IMG/VR virus record: IMGVR_UViG_3300015360_000024
Span: 32,001 to 96,000 of that record
DNA from: a virus
Strand: one strand, 5' to 3'
Length of the DNA stretch: 64,000 bases
Positions 43,124 to 52,669 of the stretch are shown one piece after another. The notes under the pieces were generated by a model. The model worked only from the letters and a program-made list of their open reading frames with translations. It made no database searches and was not told where the DNA came from. Made by a program: the position numbers and the translations under genes. Positions within the stretch are counted from its first letter, which is position 1. Every line of letters starts with the position of its first letter.

Positions 43124-44302
43124 ATGGCGAAGAAGACCAAAGAAGAAGAGAAGCCGAAGATCGCCGACGACCGAGACGAACAACTCGGCCTGTACTTCAA
43201 GCAGGCCGAGAAGAACTACGGCAAAGGCGCCGTACAGTTTGCCATCGATCACGGCCATGAGAACATGCCAAGGATCACGACGGGCGTGATGCCACTCGAC
43301 GTGAGCCTCGGCGGCGGCCTTCCTGTCGGTCGCGTGTCGATGTTCTATGGGCCGAAGTCTTCGTCGAAGACGACGTGTTTCCTTCGTTCTCTTGGTCGCG
43401 CACAGAGGATGTGCTCGAACTGCTGGACGGCTGCCTTTCCGATTTGGAAGGTCGACGTGTCCGGGCTTAAGCCGAAGTGCGAGTGTGGCGAATACCGCAA
43501 GGTCAATGCTGCATGGCTGGACGTCGAAGGCGTATGGGATCCGGTGTGGTCCAGGAAGTTCCTGGATATCGAACGAATCGTCTTCTCGTCGCCTGAGACC
43601 GGCGAGCAGGCATGTGATATCGCTGACTCGTTGCTCAGGTCAGGCGCGGTTGACATCATCGTGATCGACTCCGTTGCCTTCATGACGGCGGTAGCCGAGA
43701 TCGAGCGCTCGTCGACTGAGCCAACAATGGGAACCCAGGCGAGACTCCTGGGGACGATGTTCCGCAAGCTGGTCTCTGGAACAAACGCGGTTAATCAGCG
43801 TGACGGGCGTCGTCCGACTGTGTGGTTCACGAACCAGATCCGAAACAAGATCGGCGTGATGTTCGGTAACCCGGAGACAGTCCCGGGCGGCTACGCGCAG
43901 GGTTTTGCAACGTCTACCGAGACGAGGTTCTCCGCAGGTAAATACGCCGAGGACAAGGAGACAAAGATTATAACCAGTGCGGAGATGAAATTCCGCAATG
44001 AGAAGAACAAGACCGGCGTGGCCAAGATGGAGGGCGAGTACAAGCTCGTGCTCCACGATACCGAGGTGAAGAAGGTTGGCGACGTGATCGATGAGGACTA
44101 CACGATGAAGATGGGCGCGCAGTGCGGCCTTGTTGAATTCGGTCGCGGTCGGGCAGCGACTGTCTGGGAGGGCCAGGAGTTCGATGGTCGCTCGCTGCTG
44201 GAGCGTCACTGGATGGTCAACCGCGATGAGTACGAGGCGTTCAAGCTGAAGCTGCTCAATCACGTCAGGACTGTCGTTATCGAGCACGAGGCTCAGCTTT
44301 GA
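43124..44302 (+). CDS. recA: RecA/UvsX-like recombinase with a Cys-rich insertion
   Basis: LDVSLGGGLPVGR, GPKSSSKT, IVIDSVA, QARLL, NQIR.KIGVMFGNPET.PGG, KNKT. Confidence 0.9.
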   Translation: MAKKTKEEEKPKIADDRDEQLGLYFKQAEKNYGKGAVQFAIDHGHENMPRITTGVMPLDVSLGGGLPVGRVSMFYGPKSSSKTTCFLRSLGRAQRMCSNCWTAAFPIWKVDVSGLKPKCECGEYRKVNAAWLDVEGVWDPVWSRKFLDIERIVFSSPETGEQACDIADSLLRSGAVDIIVIDSVAFMTAVAEIERSSTEPTMGTQARLLGTMFRKLVSGTNAVNQRDGRRPTVWFTNQIRNKIGVMFGNPETVPGGYAQGFATSTETRFSAGKYAEDKETKIITSAEMKFRNEKNKTGVAKMEGEYKLVLHDTEVKKVGDVIDEDYTMKMGAQCGLVEFGRGRAATVWEGQEFDGRSLLERHWMVNRDEYEAFKLKLLNHVRTVVIEHEAQL

Positions 44303-44688
44303 ACGAGGAGGTCCCAAAGCCTCGTATGCCGGCGTACTTCGATGGTCGCGAGAAGAAGAAGATCCGTGCGAAGTCGATCGCTCAGGAAAAGCGTATCGCC
44401 AAGAATACTGGCGGTCGCCGGCAGAAGGCGTCTGGGGCCCTCCCTGGTTCGAAGGGGGACGTTCGGGCCGTAGAGCTGCTTGCGGAGTGCAAGCGTACAG
44501 ACAAGAAGTCCATATCGATTACGATCGAGTACCTGGCCAAGATCACCCAAGAGGCGGGCTTCTATAACAAGATCCCGTGCGTGGCGATCGAGATAGACAA
44601 TCCGCCGAAGTTCGTCAATAGAGACTGGGTGCTGCTCCCAGCTGGATTCGTGCAGGAATTGCTAGAGGTCTATCGTGGAGGAAAATAG
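44299..44688 (+). CDS. PD-(D/E)XK nuclease, Holliday-resolvase-like
   Basis: QEKRIA...SGA..GSKGDV...LAECKRT. Confidence 0.7.
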   Translation: MNEEVPKPRMPAYFDGREKKKIRAKSIAQEKRIAKNTGGRRQKASGALPGSKGDVRAVELLAECKRTDKKSISITIEYLAKITQEAGFYNKIPCVAIEIDNPPKFVNRDWVLLPAGFVQELLEVYRGGK

Positions 44689-45133
44689 CGTTAGCGAGCC
44701 AGTTGAGCCGGTTCGTCCGCCGCCGCTTCCAGTTTCCGAGAATGAGCTGGCGGCGATCGATGAAGTGATCACCCACGTGGCCAAGATCGGCAAGGAGCGG
44801 GGGGTGACGTGCGAGACCTTACGCCAGGTTCATGAGAATGCTGGGCTGTGCAGGCGTGCGGATGAACTGATCGCCGAAACGCTGACGTCGCTCAGGAAGG
44901 GCGTCCCCGATGATACAGCCGAGAAGTTCTTTGAGCGTCTAACGAAGGTTGTCGACGACTGGCGGGATCGCGACGAGCAGATGACACTGGGTGTCGTGTT
45001 TATCCGATTTATGGACACGATGACCTATATGATCGCCTACAAGCAGAAGTTTCGAGGCGTCGCCAGGACGTCATCTATCTCAAAGGCTGATGCCCTGGCG
45101 GTCCTCAAAGAGCGCGGTCTTACGAAAAGGTAA
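44675..45133 (+). CDS. Hypothetical protein
   Basis: 152-aa ORF in operon. Confidence 0.55.
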   Translation: MEENSVSEPVEPVRPPPLPVSENELAAIDEVITHVAKIGKERGVTCETLRQVHENAGLCRRADELIAETLTSLRKGVPDDTAEKFFERLTKVVDDWRDRDEQMTLGVVFIRFMDTMTYMIAYKQKFRGVARTSSISKADALAVLKERGLTKR

Positions 45134-45137
45134 TCAG

Positions 45138-45401
45138 ATGAAGAGTAGAATTCAGATGGCAGGCGTGGCGCACGGTTCCCAGGAGAATGTGATCTGGAAG
45201 GGTGCCCTTCCGGTGCTCTCCGGGATTCCTGGCATGCGATTCACATTGCACACGCCGCCAGGCGATGACACCAAGGAAGCCGTAAACGCTTTCACCTTCA
45301 AGCAGGTGACGTGGGAGATCAATACTGTTACTGGCGAAACAGAACAGGTTATTTATGTCGCTAAGGTCGATCGCTCAACCAAGCAAGAGCTGACGGAATA
45401 G
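45138..45401 (+). CDS. Hypothetical protein
   Basis: In operon. Confidence 0.5.
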   Translation: MKSRIQMAGVAHGSQENVIWKGALPVLSGIPGMRFTLHTPPGDDTKEAVNAFTFKQVTWEINTVTGETEQVIYVAKVDRSTKQELTE

Positions 45402-45406
45402 CGCAT

Positions 45407-45694
45407 GTGCTTGGCTGGCTCCGGCGGAAGAGGATGATCAATCAGCAGCACTCCATCGAAGAGGCCCTGCTTCAGCAGGCGGCTGTCTCGTTGCGTGATG
45501 GCAGTAGATTCCAGTTCCGTGTGGCTGAAATCGGCGAGGGCGCTGATGAGATCAGAAGGTTCGTTGTCAAGCTGACAACCACCCTCGGGGAATGCGTTCG
45601 AGCCAGTTGCGCTCACGGTCTACTTACCGTTTACCTGGACAACGACAAAGACGGAACGTCAGTGGTGACTGCTACCGTTGAGCGTCCTAGATAG
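45407..45694 (+). CDS. Hypothetical protein
   Basis: In operon. Confidence 0.5.
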   Translation: MLGWLRRKRMINQQHSIEEALLQQAAVSLRDGSRFQFRVAEIGEGADEIRRFVVKLTTTLGECVRASCAHGLLTVYLDNDKDGTSVVTATVERPR

Positions 45695-45702
45695 ACGAAT
45701 CC

Positions 45703-46044
45703 ATGGCGTATCTCGTAGCAAATAGGAAGAAGTTCACACTGCCAGCGGACGGCGCAGTGGAGATCCGGGTGGAATTGGCTGGAGACCTCGCTCCGATCCC
45801 TAGGGTTTGGTTGCAGTGCAATCCATGTGGTGACGAACTTCAGGAGGCGCAGCGCTCGATGTTCGAGTGCCCAGGATGTGGCTACGAGTTGACCTCAAAT
45901 GAGGCCGGGTTACTGGCTCAGAGGCATGTAGATGCACTTCGCGCCAGATTTGACATGCCGGACCTGAAAATCAAAAGGGGGCTGTTGTGGCGCTTTCTAG
46001 GCTTGTTCGCAAACAGAAAAAGACTTCCAGCGCCAAAGAGTTGA
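45703..46044 (+). CDS. Zinc-ribbon protein
   Basis: CNPC...CPGCG. Confidence 0.55.
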   Translation: MAYLVANRKKFTLPADGAVEIRVELAGDLAPIPRVWLQCNPCGDELQEAQRSMFECPGCGYELTSNEAGLLAQRHVDALRARFDMPDLKIKRGLLWRFLGLFANRKRLPAPKS

Positions 46045-46883
46045 TTGAGGCTGCCATGCGTCAGGCCATCGCGGAATTTCCGCCGATGAAGCCGGACGAC
46101 TGGTTCAGGATCTCATCGATCGGCGGAATCTGTCCACGGGCCGAGGTGTTGAGGGCTCGCCTGAACGTCCCAAGGCGAGCTGGTATCGATCCGAATCTCG
46201 GGCTGACGTTCGAGTTCGGTCATGACGTGCATCACCTGATGCAGAACAAGGTTATGGCGGCAACCGGCAGGATTATTGGATCCTGGCGTTGCACCTGGTG
46301 CGGCGAGGTCTACGGCTCATTGGCTGAGGGCCTGGTTCCGCGTCCAGAACAATGTATCCGATGCGGTGGCGTTGCCGGCGAGGCCAGGCGCGTTCATAAC
46401 CGGCCAATCGCAACTGAGCGTACCGAGTCGTTCTGGTTCACCGAGGAGTGGGTCGGGAACGCTGAGTATATGATCGGGGGCAGCCCAGACGGGTATTTCG
46501 TCGACGGAGACCTGGCCAAGTACACCAACGACGACATCGTGGTTCTGGAGTTTAAGAGCTGCTCGGAGAACAACTTCGCGAAGTACGTGAAGGCGCCGGA
46601 CTTCATGCACGTGATCCAGTGTCAGTGCTATATGTGGCTCACCGGGTTCAAGAGGGCCAAGATCTTGTACATCAACAAGGGCGTATTTGGCTTAGATGGT
46701 CTCGTCGAGCACGACATCAAGTACGATGCGGAAACGATCTCCATGGTACAGAGAGGGCTGAAGCAGATCCGGTCTGGGCTGACGGGCGGGGAGGTGCCTC
46801 CTCGTGAACTGTGTAGCGATGCGGGATGTCCCAGAGCGAATGGATGCGAAGTGTCAAAGGCGTGTTTCTCTGGAGGTCTCTGA
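45987..46883 (+). CDS. PD-(D/E)XK / Cas4-like exonuclease
   Basis: SSIGGICPR, GGSPDG, VVLEFKS, Q.QCYM, C-terminal Cys cluster. Confidence 0.8.
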   Translation: MALSRLVRKQKKTSSAKELIEAAMRQAIAEFPPMKPDDWFRISSIGGICPRAEVLRARLNVPRRAGIDPNLGLTFEFGHDVHHLMQNKVMAATGRIIGSWRCTWCGEVYGSLAEGLVPRPEQCIRCGGVAGEARRVHNRPIATERTESFWFTEEWVGNAEYMIGGSPDGYFVDGDLAKYTNDDIVVLEFKSCSENNFAKYVKAPDFMHVIQCQCYMWLTGFKRAKILYINKGVFGLDGLVEHDIKYDAETISMVQRGLKQIRSGLTGGEVPPRELCSDAGCPRANGCEVSKACFSGGL

Positions 46884-47242
46884 TGCAGAAACCGATCATC
46901 CTCAATACCGAGTGGGTTAGGCCGTTCGACGCCGGGTCGAGCACTCAGCCGTGCATGACCTGTTCAGGGAACAGCGCGCGGTGGATCGTCGGTAAGGCGC
47001 CTAATGCATACTTTTCGTGTGCCAGGTGCTTCCTCTACACGAGCCCGTGGGGCAAGGAACACAAGCTGCACATTCAGGAGTTCGTGGCGGAGGTTGAGGA
47101 GTCGATCAATAAGAAGATTTCAGACGAAGGCGTCGTCTGGTCGACTGAGGCTGATCGCATCCTGTCCTCAATCGTCGCGGTGTCTGGAATTGCCAAGGCA
47201 CGCTCTCAGCGGAGGCTCAGGGATGAAGGTACTGGGTCTTGA
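46883..47242 (+). CDS. Hypothetical protein (C..C pairs)
   Basis: CMTC...CARC. Confidence 0.55.
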   Translation: MQKPIILNTEWVRPFDAGSSTQPCMTCSGNSARWIVGKAPNAYFSCARCFLYTSPWGKEHKLHIQEFVAEVEESINKKISDEGVVWSTEADRILSSIVAVSGIAKARSQRRLRDEGTGS

Positions 47243-47843
47243 TCTAAGTCTTCGCGGCACCGGGATCTGCGTTCTGGAGGGAGATCCTGGTCAGGAGCCG
47301 AAGATGCGGACCGAGCTGGTTCCCCAGCCGGAAGCAAAGACCGTTGAGGAGCGCGTCCTCCGGCTCGTGAAGATCACCGAGCGCATCGTCAGTCTCATCA
47401 ACGGCGAAGAGCCCGATCACATCATCATCGAGGCCCCGACAAAAGGCCAAGTCTGGCAACAAGCCGCCATCGGTGAGATCCACGGAGTCGTTAAGGTCCA
47501 GGTCTACCTAGCTAGCGGCAAGTTCCCGATGGTCAAGGAGGCCACGGAGATGCGTAAGGTCGTCGTTGGAACGATCAAACAGGTCTTCGTTACCTACGAA
47601 GATCGGAACGGCAAGAAGAAGCGCAGGGTGTCCCACGGCGAGATCCAAGGTGCCAACGGCAAGAAGAAACGAGCGACCGTCAAGGATGTCATCGAGGGGA
47701 GGCTGAGGGAGCGTGGGTTGACGTTTCCGAGCCAGGACGAGATGGACGCCTATGTCGCTGCAAGGTTTTGCTGGGGTAAGGTCACGCCCTCTCCGAGAGG
47801 CGGATCTGATGACCCAAAAGAAACGAAGGATGGGCAGTCATAA
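47223..47843 (+). CDS. RuvC-like Holliday junction resolvase
   Basis: VLGLDLSLRGTG, IIIEAP, DEMDAY. Confidence 0.8.
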   Translation: MKVLGLDLSLRGTGICVLEGDPGQEPKMRTELVPQPEAKTVEERVLRLVKITERIVSLINGEEPDHIIIEAPTKGQVWQQAAIGEIHGVVKVQVYLASGKFPMVKEATEMRKVVVGTIKQVFVTYEDRNGKKKRRVSHGEIQGANGKKKRATVKDVIEGRLRERGLTFPSQDEMDAYVAARFCWGKVTPSPRGGSDDPKETKDGQS

Positions 47844-48177
47844 TCAGGTGCTCATCAGCGGTTATGTTGATGGCCGCGTTCTTTCTGGAAACACTGGAGA
47901 TGGCGGAGAAGCGTGCTCTTTTTCGGTTGCATCTGGCGATGCCGGACAGAAGGTTACGCGCGTTAGAGTTAACGCCTACGGATCTGTTGCCACGCAATGC
48001 GAACAAGAAAGCCGTGTTGGCGCGTACTGCGTAATCACTGGAGAATTGATGAATCGTCCCGGCAAGTTCGGGAAGCTCACAGAGATTAGGGCGAAAAAAG
48101 TGGAGTTCGTAGTCAACGTTGACAATGACGACCAAGGAGCATCAGATGCCGGACAAGAAAACCGAAAAGAAGACTGA
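47830..48177 (+). CDS. ssb: SSB-family OB-fold protein
   Basis: NQVLISG.V...FSVA...RVNAYG..A...VGAYCVITGEL...EIRAKKVEF. Confidence 0.7.
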   Translation: MGSHNQVLISGYVDGRVLSGNTGDGGEACSFSVASGDAGQKVTRVRVNAYGSVATQCEQESRVGAYCVITGELMNRPGKFGKLTEIRAKKVEFVVNVDNDDQGASDAGQENRKED

Positions 48178-48310
48178 GGACACGGGTTGCAGATCCTGTG
48201 GCGACAAGCGAGTGATGCTTTCGGAGGAGAAAGACTCTCCCGCCCGGTGCGCTGGCTGTGGTAAGGCTGTCCACCGACCTCAGACGAACTGAACCACCAG
48301 GGGGATCCAG

Positions 48311-49276
48311 ATGGGCACGACGACGCTTCGAGTAGTTGGCAACGGAGAGAAGAATACTGTCGGCGCCGGCAAGGTATCCGAAGAGGATCTTCTCAAATCC
48401 GAAACCCAACTTCGCAACGAGGCGAGGACCCTAGTTCGAGAGATCTCCCACAAGTATTGGGATCTTGGTCGCGTTCTCTACGACGTCTACGATGGCGTTC
48501 CTGGCGGTTACCGCGCACTGATGTCTGGTGACGGCTCGATGCGCGAGCGCACTTCGCTATTCGCGAAGTGGGGTTACGGCACCTTCGGTGACTATTGCGA
48601 GCAGGAAGTCGGGATCCAGAAGAGGACCGCCGAGAACCTACGCTACGCGTACTACTACTTCGCGATCCAGAACGAGCTACCGGAGTCGGCGATCAGTGAA
48701 CTGATCACCATCGGCCGCTCGAAGGTTTATCTGTTGGCTGGTCTCGCCACCAGAGACAGCATCGGGATCTGGGTAGAGAAGGCGAAGGAGCTGACCTTCG
48801 AGGAGCTAAAGAAGGTCGTCAAGGCTGCCAAGGCGGTTGCGGCTGGCAAGAATGTCGACACCGAGGAGCGCGATCAGGACCAGACGTCCATGTTCGACGA
48901 TCCGCGTCCGTCGTCGGAGCCAAAGTCTCCTGAGGCAAGTGCTGCGAAGCCACTCCAGAAGCCCGAGGAATGGCACACCGTCAGCGCTCAGATGGCCGAC
49001 TCGCAGTTCGAGACGTGGCAGACCGCCTTCAAGAAGGCGCAGAGCCTGTCCAACTCCGAGAAGGTTGGTCACAACCTGGAGCTGATCTGCCAGGACTTCC
49101 TCTCGAACAACGACTTCTCGAAGGTCAAAGATAAGGACCGCAGCGCTTACATCGCAAAGATGGAGCGTCGCCTTGGCGTTCTTGTCATCGCCATCGATCC
49201 AAACACCGGCAAGCCGGTTCACGGTCGCGATCTCCTCCACCGGATGATGAGCGCCAAAGAAGATCTGGAGAAGTAG
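48311..49276 (+). CDS. Hypothetical helical protein
   Basis: 321-aa ORF; GYGTFGDYCEQEVGI. Confidence 0.7.
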   Translation: MGTTTLRVVGNGEKNTVGAGKVSEEDLLKSETQLRNEARTLVREISHKYWDLGRVLYDVYDGVPGGYRALMSGDGSMRERTSLFAKWGYGTFGDYCEQEVGIQKRTAENLRYAYYYFAIQNELPESAISELITIGRSKVYLLAGLATRDSIGIWVEKAKELTFEELKKVVKAAKAVAAGKNVDTEERDQDQTSMFDDPRPSSEPKSPEASAAKPLQKPEEWHTVSAQMADSQFETWQTAFKKAQSLSNSEKVGHNLELICQDFLSNNDFSKVKDKDRSAYIAKMERRLGVLVIAIDPNTGKPVHGRDLLHRMMSAKEDLEK

Positions 49277-49750
49277 ATGGGGTTCGGTACGAAGAAGCGA
49301 CAGGTCCGAGAGGCCATCGCGAAGTGGGAATGCTTTGGATACCTCGGGTATGGCCAGGGTCGAAGCGTGGCTCAGTTCGGCGAGGACTATATGCCGGGCA
49401 GATCTGCCTGCATGGATATCTGTACCCGCGCAAGTGCTTGCAGGGCAGAGCACAACATCAAGATGAACCAACGGTACCCGCAGCTTGCGGTGCTCGTAAA
49501 AAATGCAGCCGGAATCGCGGAAGCGAGACATCTGGATGTCGTCGCAGAAGTCGTCTCGGCGATGACTCACGCTGTTGATCTTGGTCTTGATGAGGCTGCC
49601 GAGGTGAAACGTATCCTCGGTATCTTCAAGATCAACACGATGACCGACCACCACCGCTGTGGTCAGTTCGAGAACATCCAGGACGGCCTGAATAAGGTTC
49701 CTCCTGGATCCCGCAGTGCCGTAGGCGAGATGCTCGCCAAGGCGTCCTAA
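49277..49750 (+). CDS. Hypothetical protein (Cys motif)
   Basis: Abuts the upstream stop. Confidence 0.55.
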   Translation: MGFGTKKRQVREAIAKWECFGYLGYGQGRSVAQFGEDYMPGRSACMDICTRASACRAEHNIKMNQRYPQLAVLVKNAAGIAEARHLDVVAEVVSAMTHAVDLGLDEAAEVKRILGIFKINTMTDHHRCGQFENIQDGLNKVPPGSRSAVGEMLAKAS

Positions 49751-49766
49751 CGACTAGATGGAGTAG

Positions 49767-50345
49767 ATGATGTCGTCACTGTTGAACGCTCAAGGAATGC
49801 CGATCGGCCGGGTTGGCCAAAGCCTCGTCCCTGACAAGGTTGGTGGTCTCGATTTCGGAGATCTGGAGCGTCTCTACGAAGTGGTGATGCAGCGTGCGAG
49901 GTCCAATAAGGGCGTCGCTGCGATCGAGAAGCGGGTCTACGTCCAACCGCAGAAGGTGGATGCGGCAATCGCATTCTGGAAACCCATTTACTTCAACACC
50001 ACGATCGACGGTCGTCTCATCAACGGCATCGAGGCTTTCGAGCTTGGTGATCCGGTGAAGACCCCCAGCGTGAAGTGCGACAAGGGTCCGTACATCGCCA
50101 TGTGCAATCTGATGGCTCTAGAGGCCATCAAAATCATGGGCGAGCAGATGCCGACAGCCGAGAAGGCCGTGCTCCTGGCGTTCGCCTCCGACCGCGAGAA
50201 AGAGATCGCTGTCTTCTGGAAGGAGATGTTCGCTCCAACCGAGTTCCAGGCCCAGTGGGCATGGGCGGCGGTCCTGGCGGTACTCGTCGGGAACCCAGGG
50301 GCCGCCTCTGAGCTGCTGGACAAGTATCGGGAACAGCTTACTTAA
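49767..50345 (+). CDS. Hypothetical protein
   Basis: 192-aa ORF followed by a terminator. Confidence 0.6.
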   Translation: MMSSLLNAQGMPIGRVGQSLVPDKVGGLDFGDLERLYEVVMQRARSNKGVAAIEKRVYVQPQKVDAAIAFWKPIYFNTTIDGRLINGIEAFELGDPVKTPSVKCDKGPYIAMCNLMALEAIKIMGEQMPTAEKAVLLAFASDREKEIAVFWKEMFAPTEFQAQWAWAAVLAVLVGNPGAASELLDKYREQLT

Positions 50346-50361
50346 TACTTTTTCCGGAGTT

Positions 50362-50402
50362 AGCCCGCATGTTTACCTTTTGGTAACTGCGGGCTTTTGT
50401 TT
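50362..50402 (+). terminator. Rho-independent terminator
   Basis: AGCCCGCA...TGCGGGCT then TTTGTTT. Confidence 0.7.
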
Positions 50403-50431
50403 GTCCAGATCTTTACGCAAACATTTGCGCG

Positions 50432-51220
50432 ATGATCGGATCGCCCATAGTATCCGTCGATATGGGGGACACTATTCCAGGCAAAAAGCGCTGGACGATC
50501 GAAGAGGAGTCTCTCCTTCGCAAGTTATGGGGTACCCAGCGGGACTCCGAGCTTGCAGACAAGCTGGGGAAGACCGTTAAATCAATCAGGTCGAAGGCGA
50601 CCGAGATGAATGTTCGGGCCGAGAAGGGGCGCCGGACGGTCTGTAGATCTGGTCGAGTCGCCTATCCATGGCAATCCGATGAGGATCTTGTTCTCGTCAA
50701 GAACGTAGGGCACCTGAGCATATTCGAGCTGATGGGACTGCTGCCGCGCAGGAATAGGCTGGCGATCGAGCGCAGGTGCTACGAGCTTGGTTTCTCGCCG
50801 ACGCAGGGGACGCACACGCGTCTTCAGATTGAACGTGAGACCGGCTACAACTGGAGGCAGATCCAGCGTGCTCGTGATGCCCTTGGTCAGGTCTGGAAGC
50901 GGTACGGCACCAGGAAGTACATGATCACTTTCGATCAGGTACAGGACATGATCGAGTACCTCAGGACAGAGACAAGGAAATGGTCTCTGCACTATGGACT
51001 TGATGGCTGCCTGATCTGCGGTGCTTCAGGCGGCGAAGAAAGAACGCGTCACTCAGGTGATGGGCTCTGTAAGCGCTGCTGGGATTTCAGACGGCACGGC
51101 AGGGTTCAGGTCGTCGATGCTCTTAAAAAGGGTAAGATGACGATTCTTACCGAAGAAATCTGGCACGCGTATATTCGCGACGAACCGATGGTTGAACAGG
51201 CCATCGCCGTCTCTGCTTGA
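50432..51220 (+). CDS. Putative DNA-binding regulator (two W(T/Q)..ED..L SANT/HTH-like repeats, C-terminal zinc motif)
   Basis: WTIEEESLLR; WQSDEDLVL; CLIC...H...CKRC. Confidence 0.6.
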   Translation: MIGSPIVSVDMGDTIPGKKRWTIEEESLLRKLWGTQRDSELADKLGKTVKSIRSKATEMNVRAEKGRRTVCRSGRVAYPWQSDEDLVLVKNVGHLSIFELMGLLPRRNRLAIERRCYELGFSPTQGTHTRLQIERETGYNWRQIQRARDALGQVWKRYGTRKYMITFDQVQDMIEYLRTETRKWSLHYGLDGCLICGASGGEERTRHSGDGLCKRCWDFRRHGRVQVVDALKKGKMTILTEEIWHAYIRDEPMVEQAIAVSA

Positions 51221-51363
51221 ACCAGGAGACAACAATGAAGAAGATCGAATGGGCATGCTGGCCGCACTTCTGTGGCTTCCTTGGCGGTCTCGTTGGTGGA
51301 CGGATCATCGGCAAGGGCTTCTAACCTCTGGCATAACTCCAGTGTGATAGGTAGGATGCCGGC

Positions 51364-51579
51364 ATGCCGATGAGGATCCAGCCCGATACGATGAGGTCGG
51401 AGATCGACCAAGTGATGGCCATACTCGCTGCCTGGAAAGAGCGACTTGAGGCAGGCGTCCCGGGCGACGAGCTTCCGGCGAACGATCTGAACTCGGAGAT
51501 TTTTCAGTTTCAGTTGCGCGGTGAGCTTCAACTTGCCGGTGAGCGTCTAATGGCGCTTGTTGAGGTTATGGAGCCATGA
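51364..51579 (+). CDS. Hypothetical protein
   Basis: 71 aa, ATGA overlap with the next gene. Confidence 0.45.
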   Translation: MPMRIQPDTMRSEIDQVMAILAAWKERLEAGVPGDELPANDLNSEIFQFQLRGELQLAGERLMALVEVMEP

Positions 51580-52352
51580 AGTCAGTTCCACTGAAAACAG
51601 ACCTGGACATCGCTCGAATTGAGGTGGATCCGAATATTCTCGTGGGCGCCGAATGGAACCCTAACGAGATGGAGCAGGCCGAGTTCACATTGCTTAAGCA
51701 GCAGATGGGCGAGGTCGGGTTCATCGATCCGCCAACCGTTGCCGAGGTTGAAGACGCCAAGGGCAAGAGGTTCTATCGCATCATCGGCGGGCATAATCGC
51801 GTCGCTGCCGCCAAGGAGCTTGGCATCAAGCTGATCCCCGTCGACGTACTTCAGGGCGAGCGCTGGAAGGATGAAGACCTTCAGAAGTTGCAGACCGTTC
51901 GCCTGAACGTCCTGCATGGCAAGACCAACCCAGAGAAGATGGTGGCTCTCTACAACGAGATGGCGACCAAATACGGGGCTGCTGTCACGAGCATGCTCGG
52001 TTACACGACCGACCACGGGCTCAAAAAGATGATCAAGCAGGTCAAGGGAGACCTGGCAAAGGCACTTCCGCCAGATCTCCAGGAGCAGTTCAAGGAGCAG
52101 GCGAAGGAAGCCAAGACGGTCTCCGACCTGGAGAAGATCATCAAGCGCCTAATGGATGAGGGTGGAGATACAGCGAAGCATGGCTTCGTGGTCTTCTCGT
52201 GGGGAGGTAAGGAACACATTTACGTCACGATGTCTGATAAGACGCGCGAGGCGATGAAGCGTATTGTCAGAGCTTCCAGGGACAAGAAGGTCGACGTCAA
52301 CGAGATCATCGAAGAGGCCGTCGTGGATGCTGCGAGAGGCCTCAATAACTAG
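51576..52352 (+). CDS. ParB/Srx-domain protein
   Basis: WNPNEM...GFIDPPTV...RIIGGHNRV.AAKELG. Confidence 0.85.
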   Translation: MKSVPLKTDLDIARIEVDPNILVGAEWNPNEMEQAEFTLLKQQMGEVGFIDPPTVAEVEDAKGKRFYRIIGGHNRVAAAKELGIKLIPVDVLQGERWKDEDLQKLQTVRLNVLHGKTNPEKMVALYNEMATKYGAAVTSMLGYTTDHGLKKMIKQVKGDLAKALPPDLQEQFKEQAKEAKTVSDLEKIIKRLMDEGGDTAKHGFVVFSWGGKEHIYVTMSDKTREAMKRIVRASRDKKVDVNEIIEEAVVDAARGLNN

Positions 52353-52354
52353 CC

Positions 52355-52669
52355 ATGGCGAACAACGAAGACGATACGACTGGGGACCCACCCGGGCTGC
52401 CTGACGATATCGTCGGAGACTCCAGGCGTATTCGTCTAATCAGCATCGATCCCACCACCGGGCACGACAAATCGATGGTTGGTGAGGCGTGGCAGGATCC
52501 GGATGGCAGTCTTCGTGGAACCGGGATCGCCGCCGTGATGCTGTTTGAACCGCTCTCGAATGAGAAGTACCGCCAGGCGTCTGTGGCGAAGGATATTTCT
52601 CCGCTCTCGGTGTTGTACGCGAGACTCGCTCGGAGTTCGTTCATTCGGGTGGAGCTGGTGGAAAAATGA
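52355..52669 (+). CDS. Small protein A (paralogue of 54266-54526)
   Basis: DSRRIRLISID..TG...EAWQDPDGSL. Confidence 0.65.
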   Translation: MANNEDDTTGDPPGLPDDIVGDSRRIRLISIDPTTGHDKSMVGEAWQDPDGSLRGTGIAAVMLFEPLSNEKYRQASVAKDISPLSVLYARLARSSFIRVELVEK

